DNA of 63,059 nucleotides, the filler included, from Octopus bimaculoides (Eukaryota): assembly GCF_001194135.2 (NCBI RefSeq). It is 5 parts of 5 records of this genome, joined end to end, with 100 filler letters (N's around TTAATTAATTAA, not from the genome) between each part and the next. Parts side by side here need not be neighbours in the genome. Positions count along the whole stretch, not along the records: positions 1 to 24,390 come from NC_069004.1; 4 more parts are not named here. One strand, 5' to 3'. Shown one piece after another: positions 1 to 12,017 of the stretch. Position 1 is the first letter of the stretch; the number at the start of each line of letters is the position of its first letter. Position numbers and translations under genes: made by a program. The notes under the pieces were generated by a model. That model searched no databases, was not told where the DNA came from, and worked only from the letters and a program-made list of their open reading frames with translations.

Positions 1-93
1 GTCATACTAATATATACTTTTGTTATTTACACCACCTGTCCTCGTCTGTTGTTATTTTTTGTATATTCTCCCATATATATATATATATATATA

Positions 94-601
94 CAGGGTG
101 CATAAGATATTTGAGGACAGATTTATGTTTATAAAAAAAAACCAGATATATAACAGATAATAACTTTATTTATCAAAAAATGCTATGAGGGTAAAAATAA
201 ACTTTCTTTTCTATAATGTTATTCAATAAAGCCACCTTCAGCTTCAACAACTGCTTCTATATGAGATCTAAATCATCTACATGCTCCAATCAAGTGGTCC
301 TGGTTCATTTTGGACATTACTCTGATTATGGCAGTTTTCAAAGAATCTTTGGTGCTATAGGCGTGTCCATCGACATCTCTCAACAATGCTCCACATGTAA
401 CAGTCCAATGGATTGAAATCTTTGGAATTAGGAGGCCAAATGTTAGGGGTTATGTGATCATGAAAATATTCAGCCATCCATTCCTGTGTTACTAGAGCCA
501 TATGTGATAGTACAGAGCCTTACTGAAACACATGTGGCCTTCCATCGCATGCACTGTCTATCCAGGGCTTAACAATTATTTCCAGGACCTCAATGTAGGT
601 G
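94..601 (-). mobile_element. Tc1/mariner maT-type (DD37D) transposon fragment, defective
   Basis: Starts TA-CAGGGTGCATAAGATATTTGAGGACAG, the same TIR as the 18990-20241 copy. It is near-identical to 18990-19500, and the minus strand encodes the transposase C-terminus. It runs into an N gap. Confidence 0.85.
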
Positions 602-861
602 NNNNNNNNNNNNNNNNNNNNNNNNNNNNNNNNNNNNNNNNNNNNNNNNNNNNNNNNNNNNNNNNNNNNNNNNNNNNNNNNNNNNNNNNNNNNNNNNNNN
701 NATATATATATATATGTATGTATATGTATATATATATAAATGTATGTATATAAAATTTTATATAGTTCTATATCATTGATATATTATTGCAGTTCCCTAC
801 ATGTATAACAAATGTATACGTCATCTGGTTTGTTATGGCTGCTGCGACTATTTCATTTCAG

Positions 862-952
862 ATACGAACTAATTAACACCACTAATTTAGCTTCCGGCAA
901 TAAACAACCCAACGGAAGTTGGAATGGCTTGATTGGAGAAATCATGCGACAT
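862..952 (+). CDS. Variant ionotropic receptor (iGluR family), S1 exon; the gene begins upstream of the window
   Basis: Acceptor tttcatttcAG and donor GTAAAT. Encodes YELINTTNLASGNKQPNGSWNGLIGEIMRH with the iGluR WNGLIGE motif; phase 2 to 0. Confidence 0.88.
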
Positions 953-1011
953 GTAAATAACGTTGTCAAACATTTACTTGCAATTTTGCTTCACTTTTAT
1001 TATTTCTTTCT

Positions 1012-1046
<35 letters not shown>

Positions 1047-1104
1047 ACAATTGCAGTATGATTATGGTTTCGGTGATGGATGAGAGAAAAAGGCAATCAG
1101 TGAT

Positions 1105-1240
1105 ACGAAGAAGAAAAACAAAAAGAATTCCAACTGGCCCCTCCCAGCAAACGGCGACATGACTCGTCTCTGACTTGAAACCTATACGTCAAGAATTGGG
1201 ATGTACAGTTTGAACAAAGGCTACACAAATGAAGATGATG
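1105..1240 (-). mobile_element. Possible RTE-type LINE 3' end fragment
   Basis: Minus strand has an RIGFKS-like motif (RTE C-terminal RIGLxSH) followed by a CT-rich tail. Short and degenerate. Confidence 0.3.
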
Positions 1241-1385
1241 GTCACCATTGGATCAAATGGCTACCATATGCATTTGTCCGTCTGCCTGTGTTTGTATGTA
1301 TGTGTGAATGAATATGTGTGTATGTGTGTCTGTATGTACGCGTGCTGGTTGTGTTTCTGTATGTTAGTATCTCTCTCTCTCTCTC

Positions 1386-1447
<62 letters not shown>

Positions 1448-2288
1448 TATAAACATACACATACGTACTTATACACACACACACATATATATATGTATAA
1501 TTGTAGTTATGTAAAAATGAATGTATGCATATATGTATGCATCTACAGTCGCTTTCTAGTTAATTGTTTGAATTTTTCACGCAAAGAAATAATTTCTAAA
1601 GCAAAGTTCCATCAAAAGAATTTAGAATAACGACTTACATGTTGAATTTTAGAAAAGTTTTGCATATTTTCACTGTTTCACTTGCAAATTGAATTTATTT
1701 ACAGATTACATGTTTCTTTGTCTGAAAAGCCCATCTTTTCGAAACTATGGAATACTTGAAAACATTATAAAATTTACCAACCATTATGAGGATCAATGTA
1801 AAACTATTCTTAGTCGAGAAGTTGTACGTTTCTGAAGCAATTCTTTATAAATATTCTGTTAGTCATTTTAAATGAAATGTTCACAGCCACCATGAAGCTA
1901 ACGGAATTTCGGACTGATTGCCACACTTCGTCTTCACACTATTTCTCCTTGAGACGAATGCTGTTATGCACTTGTGTAATAGTTCTACGATCGCCTCCGG
2001 CTACAAGATACTTCTTGTTCGACCCCGGAGTAGTATACTGTGCTTCGCATCACTCACTTTGCCGCACTTGGTTGACGAGTTTTTGTCCACTGCCAAAGGA
2101 CTATATTTCCTGTTGATATTGGTTTTATTATCAAGTTTCCAGCAACCATATTCACCCTTAAACTTTTGTTAATGTGCAGAGAGTTTCCCCTGCAAATCAT
2201 CGCTGAGTTAGGGCTTCTACAGAAACGTAAAACTAAATTTAATGTATTTTTTGCTTTTATTTCCCCCCTCGGCATGTTCAACATGTAG

Positions 2289-2613
2289 GAGCTGAATCTT
2301 TCCATCGGACCGTTTACCCTGACTGAAGAACGTGAAGAAGCCGTAGCGTTTACAGTGCCATTTGCCGTCGAGAAGCGCAGTATTCTGGTGAGAAGTGCAG
2401 CAGCTTCAGAAGAGAGCGCGTTTCGTATGTTGCGACCTTTTCAATATCAGCTGTGGTTTGCACTGGCTGGAGTTATTGTGTTGGTCAGTTTCACCTTGAC
2501 CTTCATCAACTGGTTGAAACGAGACGATGCTTCTCTCGATGACGGATGCAACAAGGACGACTATAAAATCGCTTCAACATTTTGGATGCTTTTCACTTAC
2601 CACATGCAACAAG
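2289..2613 (+). CDS. Variant ionotropic receptor exon: end of S1, M1, pore loop M2
   Basis: Acceptor catgtAG and donor G|GTAACA. Encodes ELNLSIGPFTLTEEREEAVAFTVPF...LRPFQYQLWFALAGVIVLV...FWMLFTYHMQQ; phase 0 to 1. Confidence 0.95.
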
Positions 2614-2707
2614 GTAACACCACGTTTCTCTTTCTTGCTTCAGCACGATCTCCATTTTTCTATTATTTTATAACGTTCGATTCTCTTTCTAATATTTCCA
2701 CACACAA

Positions 2708-2921
2708 AGGCGGCGAGCTGGCAGAATCGTTAGCACGCCAGGCGAAATGCTTAGCGGCATTTCGCTCATAGCTACGTTCTGAGTTCAAATAGCATCGCGG
2801 TCAACTTTGGTTTTCATCCTTTCGCTGCCGATAAAATAAGCACCGATTGAGCACTGCAATTGATGTATTCAGCTTATTCCTCTCACAAAATTGCTGGCCT
2901 TGTGGTAAAAATTGAAACCAA
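2708..2921 (+). mobile_element. tRNA-derived SINE, family A (AGGCGGCGAGCTGGCAGAA head, ATT tail)
   Basis: Matches more than 15 other copies in the window and has A-box/B-box-like motifs (GTTCAAAT). Confidence 0.85.
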
Positions 2922-3337
2922 TATTTACATACACACACTCACACACACACATGTCGCATATGATAAAGCAAATGAATAAATTACAGACTAAAAATATAGA
3001 AATGAAATAAGTTAAAGCCTGAACGACGGCAGCGTGAAACTCCGAGCAACTGCGGAGTGAATAATCAGCTGCCTTGTTTTCGTAACAGCTCTATACGTGT
3101 TGAATACTACTATTTTTTTTGGTAACCGTAAATCCCAGCCACTACAACTACTGCTAATACCACAATTAATGTCACCACCACCACCACCACATCCTTCACC
3201 ACCACCGCCATCACCACCATCATATCAACCAGTACCACCAGCCCCACCACCACCACCACCACCACCGCATCCGCCAATACCACCAGCCCCATCTTCGCCG
3301 TCTTATTACTGGTATACTAATTCTCTACCCTCAACAG

Positions 3338-3558
3338 TTGTCATCAACGAACCAAGAACGGTTATAGCTCGTTTTCTTGTCGCTTTCTGGTGGATGTTTA
3401 TAATTCTGATGATCAACTACTACACGGCGACCCTCGCCTCAACGCTCACCATCACCGTCAATGTGGCACCCATACAGAGCTTGTCACAACTCTCTCAGCC
3501 AGACTGTGAATACAAACCCATAGCCATTTACGATTCCAGCACCTATGGGACCTTCTTA
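3338..3558 (+). CDS. Variant ionotropic receptor exon: M3 and start of S2
   Basis: Acceptor ccctcaacAG and donor GTAAGT. Encodes (V)VINEPRTVIARFLVAFWWMFIILMINYYTATLASTLT...IQSLSQL...DSSTYGTFL; phase 1 to 0. Confidence 0.95.
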
Positions 3559-3660
3559 GTAAGTATGTCTGTGTGTATTTGGGGTGTGGTGGTGGCGGTG
3601 GGTTGTTCTTTAATGGTTCGCTCTGAGGAGAACGTGCTCCTTCGTTCGATACAAAATGTG

Positions 3661-3717
<57 letters not shown>

Positions 3718-3954
3718 TTAGTGGTTACAGGTTTTCAGCTCACGATCGAAGTCGTGAGTTCAATTCCCAGCGACGCGTTGTATCCTTGAGCAAGACACTT
3801 TATTTCATGTTGCTCCAGTCCCCTCAGGTGGCAAAAATGAGTCATACCTGTAATTCAAAAGGGGCCAGCCTTGTCACAATCTGTGCCACGCTGAATCTCC
3901 CCGAGGACCACCTGACGAGTACACGTGTCTGTGGAATACTCAGTCACTTGCACG
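3718..3954 (+). mobile_element. tRNA-SINE with a distinct head and the family B 3' domain
   Basis: GTGAGTTCAATTCCC B-box, TCCTTGAGCAAGACACTT central motif, and a tail shared with the 10830 and 28510 copies. Confidence 0.7.
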
Positions 3955-4125
3955 GAATGCGCGCATGTGTGTGTGCATGCCAATTCAACTGATTTAATAA
4001 ATTCTAATCTCTTCTATTCTGGTTCGATTTGTTCTAATTCATTGAAATCTATGCTAATGTAATCCAATTCAATCCGTAATCCAATTGAAATCTAATCTAA
4101 TCACAGCGAGTTCGTTTCTCAACAG

Positions 4126-4376
4126 ACTTCTAATCAGATAGTTGACAAACATATACTGAAAGCACTGGAAACAGCTCCACAGGTTCGAAACTCAACGATG
4201 GCACTTCATCTCACTCTGACGGATCAGTATGCATTTATTGCCATGAACTCTCAGTTGGACTACCTCAAGTCGCTTTACTGCAAAGAACTTACCATCACCC
4301 TTGACGACACGTACGTCTACCAAGTTGGATTCATTTTGCCCCAGAATTCTGTATATACCCAAAAATTGTCATACGG
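4126..4376 (+). CDS. Variant ionotropic receptor exon: S2
   Basis: Acceptor ttcgtttctcaacAG and donor GG|GTAAGT. Encodes TSNQIV...QYAFIAMNSQLDYLKSLYCKEL...VGFILPQNSVYTQKLSY(G); phase 0 to 2. Confidence 0.93.
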
Positions 4377-4465
4377 GTAAGTGAAGGTAGAATGGCGTCT
4401 TAGACACTACCACTTATCAACAATTACATTCTTTTTATTTGCGCGCGCGCGTGCGTGTGTGTGTG

Positions 4466-4540
<75 letters not shown>

Positions 4541-5224
4541 GCGTGTGCGTGTGCGTGCATGTTGTTGTGTGTGTGCTCCTGTATTTGTGTTCCTCCGAAA
4601 ACCGCGAGCTACAAGTGGTGATGTTGATGCCATTTGTCCTGTGAACAGGTCGGCCGTTGGCTTGCACTTCCAAAGACGTCTAAAATAAGAGGACTCTTCC
4701 TTGTGTAAAACAATATCTCAATAACATATTCATCTAAAACGGACACAGACAGACACACACACGCACGCATATAGATATTCATGCAAACATGCATTACTCA
4801 TATATATATTCCATAAGGGCAGCGGTCTCTCAGAATCAGTAGTGCATCGGGAAAAATGCTTAGCGACTTTTCTTTCAACTCTAAGTTCTGAATTCAAATC
4901 ACACCGAGATCAGCTTTGTCTTTAATTGGTTGGGAGTCATTGAAATAAAATGAAATAGTAGGGACCATGTCAACGACTCGTCCCCTCCCCTCAAAATTGT
5001 GAGCTTTGAATCCTGTAACCGGCCGGCGTCCCATTCAGACTGAATAATGTGATCTCGGTTACTTATGTCTGGAAAACCGGATAATCGGCCCGGATGAGTT
5101 GATAGGCTAAAGAAAAAAAAAACCTATTTATTACATTTACACGTGCACACACTTATATTGGCATACATACGTACACGCAATCTATGTATGCGCACGCGCG
5201 CGAGTGTGTGTGAGTGTGTATGTC

Positions 5225-5272
<48 letters not shown>

Positions 5273-5280
5273 CTTGAAAT

Positions 5281-5445
5281 TTACAGTAAAACAAAAGACG
5301 AAGACAGGTGTATAAACAACAAGCAGGTGTAGTAGTTTAACGCTTGGGGAAGTGAGAAAGTCTTTCACGTTTCGAGCCTACGCTCTTCAACAGAAACGAA
5401 CACGAAGAAATAAACAGAGAGAAAATAAAAGCTCTTGGAGCTATA
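5281..5445 (-). mobile_element. Short Penelope-LTR-like element in a (TA)n array with a degenerate hammerhead core
   Basis: Minus strand reads CTGTTGA-A-GAGC-gtag-GCTC-GAAACGT at 5361-5397, flanked by (TA)n. Confidence 0.5.
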
Positions 5446-5705
5446 TATATATTTCGAGGAAAACAACATTTTTAAATCTCTGAGTGAAATAAATACAATA
5501 ACAGCACTGGATAGTAATGTTTATATGCCTACATAACGTGGCAGTCCTATATAGGACGATGTTCCTGTTGTTTTAGCCCCAGGGAAAACATTTTTCCAGA
5601 TGGCTAACGACACAGTCTGTGTCCGTATAGCATTTGCAAGGGGCTAAAACAACAGTAACATCGTCCTTTGCAGGACTGCCACGTTATGTTGGCATATAAA
5701 CGTCA

Positions 5706-5741
<36 letters not shown>

Positions 5742-5797
5742 TATATTTATATNNNNNNNNNNTATATATATATATATATATATAAAATTTATATTTA

Positions 5798-5837
<40 letters not shown>

Positions 5838-5850
5838 ATTTATATTTCAG

Positions 5851-6091
5851 GATTCGAAAACTACATGAAGCTGGACTTATTGAAAAATGGAGACACAAGT
5901 GGTGGTCCGATTCTAACAAGTGTTCAAAACAAGGCCCCCACGGTGACCCCTTGGAGTTATGGAGTCTCGCTGGGCCCTATTTCATCTACGTCGGTTTTAT
6001 AGGTCTCGGCTTCATTATACTTGCATCTGAGGGCATTTTTATAGCTTTTACTCGCCGGAAGTCTAAAGAAGATATCAACAATGCCACATAA
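5851..6091 (+). CDS. Variant ionotropic receptor last exon: end of S2, M4, short tail, stop
   Basis: Acceptor tatatttcAG in phase 2. Encodes IRKLHEAGLIEKWRHKWWSDSNKC...LELWSLAGPYFIYVGFIGLGFIILASE..., ending in TAA at 6089-6091. Confidence 0.95.
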
Positions 6092-7333
6092 TCTTAAATG
6101 GTTTTATACATACATGCACACACACACACACGCACACACACACACAGAAGCATACACGCACACACACAGACACAAGCAACTGAATGCATTGCACACAAAC
6201 AGTTGAAAACAGAACCCTTGCTGCACTAAAATATATCATATTTACTAAACTGTTACTTCAAATTTTGTTATTCTGAGTTGTACATCTCCGATTCTCAAAC
6301 AAAATACGAGGAATGCAACAAGAATGGATTATTCCGGGAATCGAAAACGAAAGAGAAGAATTTTGTTTTTTAATTAACAGTTTTTATTTCTTATTTTCTC
6401 TGTTTTAATTGAAGACAACACAGCCAGGGGTCCGTGAGTCTTGTATAAAAATAAATGGAGAACAGGACTTTGTTTTTCTTTTAAAAAATGAAGCTAGAAA
6501 AATAAAGAGAGAGAGAGAGAGAGTGAGAGACTACACAGTAGTACACATTCACTTGCCAATCACTCATAAAATTTTGCTCTCTTGTAAGAAATGTTTTTTC
6601 AAGAAAATTCCTGTCCTAAACAAAGTATCTAAAATGTTTGGGGCTAAGAGTGGGTTTGACTCTTTGCTTTTATATATATAAAAAACAATTTGTTACTCAT
6701 GTTAGCAGGTCAAGGATGCCATCAGTGTATGTATTCATTCTTAGCCCGAACACAATAAGCTGTGGGTCAAAGTTCATGTTGCGAACATGTAGGCATTTTT
6801 CATGCAGCAGATCTAGGAAGCATTGCCAGAAGGCTTATACATATAATATTCGGGATGCCTTTATCTCTACTAAATATCGATACAGATGTGTTAGCTAAGA
6901 TTTTGAGGATCTGATCAAAGACTTTGCAATTCAAAAAAGTAGGAGGAAACTTTTCAAATCTAAATAAAATGGAATTAAACAAACAAACATTATTTTCCAT
7001 CTTGCTGTTTTGTTTCGTTCTGAAAAATAAGGATTTATTTTATGGTTTGTTATTGTTTATATTTTGAATTACATAATCTTTTATGGGGGGGGGGGGNNNN
7101 NNNNNNNNNNCCAAATCCTTTAAGTGCTTAGGGCCTCGATGGGTCTTAATTCGGCCCCGAGGAAAAGCATTTTCTTATTACTGTCCTCTACTCGACTAAC
7201 GCTTGGTTCTGAAGCATTCGTATATTGATTTCTAAAGTTCAATGCCCAAGCGAAACACACACGGTTGGGAGGGGGGAAACACAGACACACAAACATATAC
7301 ACGAATATATATATAGGACGGGCTTCTTCCAGT

Positions 7334-7602
7334 GGGACTAGACGGAAACTGAAAGAAGCCCGTCGTATATACATATATATGTGTGTGTGTGTGTGAATAT
7401 GTATTTGTGTGCCTGTGTTTGTCCCCACCCCCATTATCGCTTGACAATCGACGTTGGTGTTTACGTCCCCATAACCTAGCAGTTCGGCAAAAGAGCCCGA
7501 TAGAATAAGTACTAGGCTTACAAAGAGTAGGCCCTGGGGTCGATTTGTTCGACTAAACGCAGTGCTCCAGCATGGCTGCAGTCAAATGACTGAAACAAGT
7601 AG
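7334..7602 (+). mobile_element. SINE family C, 5'-truncated
   Basis: Runs GACGGAAACTGAAAGAAGCCCGTCG to GACTGAAACAAGTA, as in the full copy at 53583-53970. Confidence 0.8.
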
Positions 7603-7686
7603 ATCTTTATTCACCTTACTTCGAGCTGTGCGGATAACACGAGACTGGCGCTGTGCCTCAACGCAAGTACTTAATTCAAATGAACC

Positions 7687-7728
<42 letters not shown>

Positions 7729-8733
7729 NNNNNNNNNNNNNNNNNNNNNNNNNNNNNNNNNNNNNNNNNNNNNNNNNNNNNNNNNNNNNNNNNNNNNNNN
7801 NNNNNNNNNNNNNNNNNNNNNNNNNNNNNNNNNNNNNNNNNNNNNNNNNNNNNNNNNNNNNNNNNNNNNNNNNNNNNNNNNNNNNNNNNNNNNNNNNNNN
7901 NNNNNNNNNNAGACAGACAGAGAAAGGGAGAGAAAGAGAGAGGGAGTGAGAGAGGGGGAGATAGAGTGAAAGAGAGAGGGAGTGAGAGAGATAGAGAGTG
8001 AAAGAGAGAGGGAGTGAGAGAGATAGAGAGTGAAAGAGAGAGGGAGTGAGAGAGGGGGAGATAGAGAGTGAAAGAGAGAGTGAGTGAGAGAGGGGGAGAT
8101 AGAGAGTGGTAAATAAGTGAGACACTGATGTGCAAACTTATGCTGGCGAATGTTAACGTGACGGAAAATAAGTCATTTTGTGAACATACTGCACACGCCT
8201 TAGCTTACGCAACCATGCCACTTTTTCCACTCGTATCATTTATATTCAATAGAATTGCCAAACTGCTGGGTGTGTGTGAAATTGCATTTAAATATATTTT
8301 ATATGCTTAAAAGAAGCATATAAAACATGCTATCCCATAAAAAAGTTTTTAAATAAATCTAGAGCATGCTCGTAACCCAAATTATGTCTGGTTGGTGAAA
8401 AGGTGTCACCAACTTCACTGATCTCTAACAAAACTGAGAACTGTTATCATTGTTGTTTTCGCTATTGTTGCTGTCGATGTTACTGTTGTTTTTCTCGTTG
8501 CTTTGTTGTTACAGTTGTTGCCATTTTAGTTCTTGAACAACCAAACCTCTCACCAAATGCGTCCTTTCTAATTTGGAATTCAGGGCTGGTATTATTCAAC
8601 CAAAGCATTCCTTAAGACGACAGAATATGATTCAAGGGAAATTTGGCTGCTATCTAGAGCACGTCAATTGATTATCGCCTGGTTTGTTTCGACCGTGCGT
8701 GGTAAACCCAAGGGCTGACGATCGAATCGTACA

Positions 8734-8985
8734 GCTGTGGTAAGAAGCTTGCTTACCATCCACATGGTTCCAGGTTCAGTCCCACCGTGTGGTACCTTGG
8801 GCAAGTGTCATCTACTATAGCTTCGGGCCGACCAAAACCTTGTCAGTGGATTTGGTAGGCGGAAACTGAAAGAAGCTTGTCGTATAAATATATGTGTATG
8901 TGTCTGTCCCCCCACCATCGCTTGACAACCGATGTTGGTGTGTTTACGTCTCCGTTATCTAGTGATTTGGCAAAAGATATCGATT
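8734..8985 (+). mobile_element. SINE family C, 3'-truncated
   Basis: tRNA-like head (GGTTCAGTCCC) and ACCTTGGGCAAGTGTC domain. Confidence 0.8.
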
Positions 8986-9415
8986 GCAACTAAATGAAAT
9001 GAAAATGGTCTCTCTACTCGTCTAATATATCTGCTGGTATTTGTGTCAGTTGTTTAAAAAAAACTTCCTTTTTGTCATATCTTTGGTTCCTTACAAATAA
9101 ACACATTAAACGACTCACCCGTACAATACATCGCTTCAAACAAGTTTATTTTTTACAAAAACGAACGAAAAAGACAAAAGAATTCACAATATTCAAATAT
9201 ACGCTATGGTAACCCTATTTATATCGAAAATATATTTAAAAGTTGACACATATTTAAATTTTAACTTTAATTTCATTTACATTGACTAGCTGGCGGAATC
9301 ACTTCGAATAAAATGATGTTGTTGTTTGTTCCTTGTCGAGCTCGTAAGAGCCGGTTTCCCGGTTTCATTGGCGTATAGGTTCCCCCCAGGGACGGGACGC
9401 TGATCCACCGCAGGT

Positions 9416-10207
9416 GAGCTGCTAGATGCTGGAGGAAAGGGTGAAAGTCGTGGGGAAAGAATCAGCAGAAGTTCACCATTACCTTCTGCCGGAGCCGCGT
9501 GGAACTTAGGTGTTTCGCTCATAAACACACACATCGCCCGGTCTGAGATTCGAACTTGCGATTCTTCGACCGCGAGTTTGCTGCTCTAACCACTAGGCCA
9601 TGTGCCTCCACTTCGAACAAAATGCTTCGTTGCATTTCGTCTGTCTTTACATTCTGAGTTCGAATTCCGCCGAGGTCAACTTTGCCTTTCATCCTTTCGG
9701 GGGGTTGTTAAAATAAGTACCAACTGAATACTGGGATGGATGTAAACGGTTTCCCCACCCGTCAAAATTGCTGGAATGGTACAAAATAGGGAAAGAATAC
9801 TTGTGGTTCTGAATACTTAAAGCGTGGCTTGCACACCACTGTAGCTGCTTTGGTCTCAGATGAAATAATTTACCGGACAAGTAAAACACCGGCATTATAT
9901 TTTCATATACGCTAAGGAGAAAATGCTAAGACAGTAATAACAATACTGCTACAATTACTATTGATAATAGTAATAAATATAATGATACTAATATTAAAAA
10001 TGATAATAACCCTTTCTACTATAGGCACAAGGCTTGAATTTGGGGGGGGGCAGTGAATTAGATCAACTGGTACTTAATTTATCGACCCTGAAAGGATGAA
10101 AGGCAAAGTCGACCTCGACGGAAATTTGAACTCAGAACTTGAAGACGGGCGATCTGATGCTAAGCATTTCGCCCGGTCTGCTAACGATTCTACCGACTCG
10201 CCGCCTC
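9416..10207. mobile_element. SINE cluster: family B partial (-, 9416-9611), family A (+, 9617-9798), family A (-, 10010-10207)
   Basis: Direct sequence similarity to full copies elsewhere in the window. Confidence 0.75.
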
Positions 10208-10829
10208 TATAATCATAATAAATAATAATAATAGTAGTAGTAGTAGCCACTACAGACAGTTGGAACACGAACAGCATTAATAATGATGATGACTAAAGAT
10301 AGTTTTGTGGGTGATAGGGGAAGTAAAACGGAAATATGCAATAAACCACATGAGCAAAGTGCGAGGGTTGATAATGAAGCTAACCAGAATTTTTCCTGAT
10401 GACCCTAGGAAAAAAAAACTAAATGAGTTGGGTGAGCCTGAAGGAACTAAAACAAAATCTTGAAACAAAGGAAGAAAGTAGACTGTCGTAGAAAACTATT
10501 TATCAAATATGTTAGTGTTGAGAGAATATAGGGCTGATATTGATATAAATCAAAATTAAAATAGGCCTAACAACACTAGTATAGGGGCGAGAGAGAAAGA
10601 GAGAAAGAGAGAGAGAGATGGTGTGGGAGAAAGAGAGCAGTAGAAATTAGGAGTAAAGTATTAAAAGTGAAGTGTGAATACTCAATACTCAGTTGCTTAT
10701 AAAGTTATTGGAAATCACTGCAAAGAGATCGATAGGAATAAGGATTGAGAAGAAGAGAGCAAACACATATTACAGAACAAATTAATTACAGGGGTAGATA
10801 TTAGAAATCGCTGAATTGGAGAGGTATAG

Positions 10830-11190
10830 GTTGTTGGCAGTCTGTCGCTAACGACGTCGAGGGTTCCAACTGATCCGATCAACGGAACAGCCTGCTCGTG
10901 AAATTAATGTGCAAGTGGCTGAGCACTCCACAGATACGTGTACCCTTAACGTAGTTCTCGGGGATATTCAGCGTCACAAGGCTGACCCTTTGAATTACAG
11001 GTACAACAGAAACAGGAAGTAAGAGTGAGAGAAAGTTGTGGTGAAAGAGTACAGTAGGGTTCGCCACCATCCCCTGCCGGAGCCTCGTGGGGCTTTAGGT
11101 GTTTTCGTTCAATAAAACACTCACAATGCCCGGTCTGGGAATCGAAACCGCGAGTCCGCTGCCCTAACCACTGGGCCATTGCGCCTCCAC
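10830..11190 (-). mobile_element. Full-length tRNA-SINE family B with target-site duplication
   Basis: Head GTGGAGGCGCAATGGCCCAGTGGTTAG on the minus strand; flanked by the direct repeat AGAGGTATAGG. Confidence 0.9.
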
Positions 11191-11998
11191 AGAGGTATAG
11201 GATATAGTGAATAAAGTGAAGCTGTTGACACCCGTTAGAAGGTAAAATGCACGGCGCATAAGAAGTCGCAGAATTTTGGATAAAGTACTGTAAAAGGAAA
11301 TAAAATATAGTGTTGCCAGCGTTATATGAATAAATCTTCGAGAGATCTTGCAAGAATTGCATCTCAACCCATTAACTGCCAAATTTTATATTCATATGTT
11401 TTGGCTTTGCCAGGTGTCTTAGGAGTTGAAATAATATGTAGTAATTAAATTTTTTTCAAATGTGAATTATTTTGGAAATTATGATAAATTTTTCGAAAAG
11501 TCCCAAATGGGGATCGCTGAAAAACTAAAAAACAAAAACATATTTATCCATTTCTGTTCAATTGCAATAATAAACAAGTTTGTTTTTTGGAAACTATAGT
11601 ATCCAATGCGAAGGTGTATGAAATATCAATGAATGTTAAAATGAGAAATGCAAAAAGAAAAAAAAAATTCAAAACAGTCAATATTTTTGTAGTTCAAAAA
11701 TTGCAATTTATGGTATAAAATGTCCTCAGAATTAACCAGAGTTAATAATGACAAACTTTAATTATTGAATATTGTTAAACACACCCCTGAAAATGCAATG
11801 TACATAAGGAATTCACTTGAAATATAACTAACAACCGTCTGCGTAAACAGAAAAATAACCTTAGTGAAATTAATTTAAGATTAATTAGCTACTTCTGAAA
11901 TAAGAAATATAATATAGGTAATATTTTTGTTTTCAGAACACTCCAAAAATATAATAGTGCAAACAGATGCTTTGGATAAAAAAAAGATTCAAACTTAC

Positions 11999-12017
11999 CG
12001 CCAGGTTGTTCCGACAT
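11999..12017 (-). CDS. Candidate first coding exon of an unidentified gene (MSEQPG|)
   Basis: ATG at 12017 with an in-frame TAG four codons upstream, a consensus G|GTAAGT donor and CpG-rich context. No homology recognised. Confidence 0.4.

Noticed and set aside
3097-3337. Proline-rich N-terminal extension of the receptor ORF
   Set aside because: It is intronic (CCA)n sequence upstream of the acceptor at 3337.
6800-7000. 66-aa minus-strand ORF as the last exon of the 12-kb gene
   Set aside because: An acceptor is present, but competing last-exon candidates exist and I recognise no homology.
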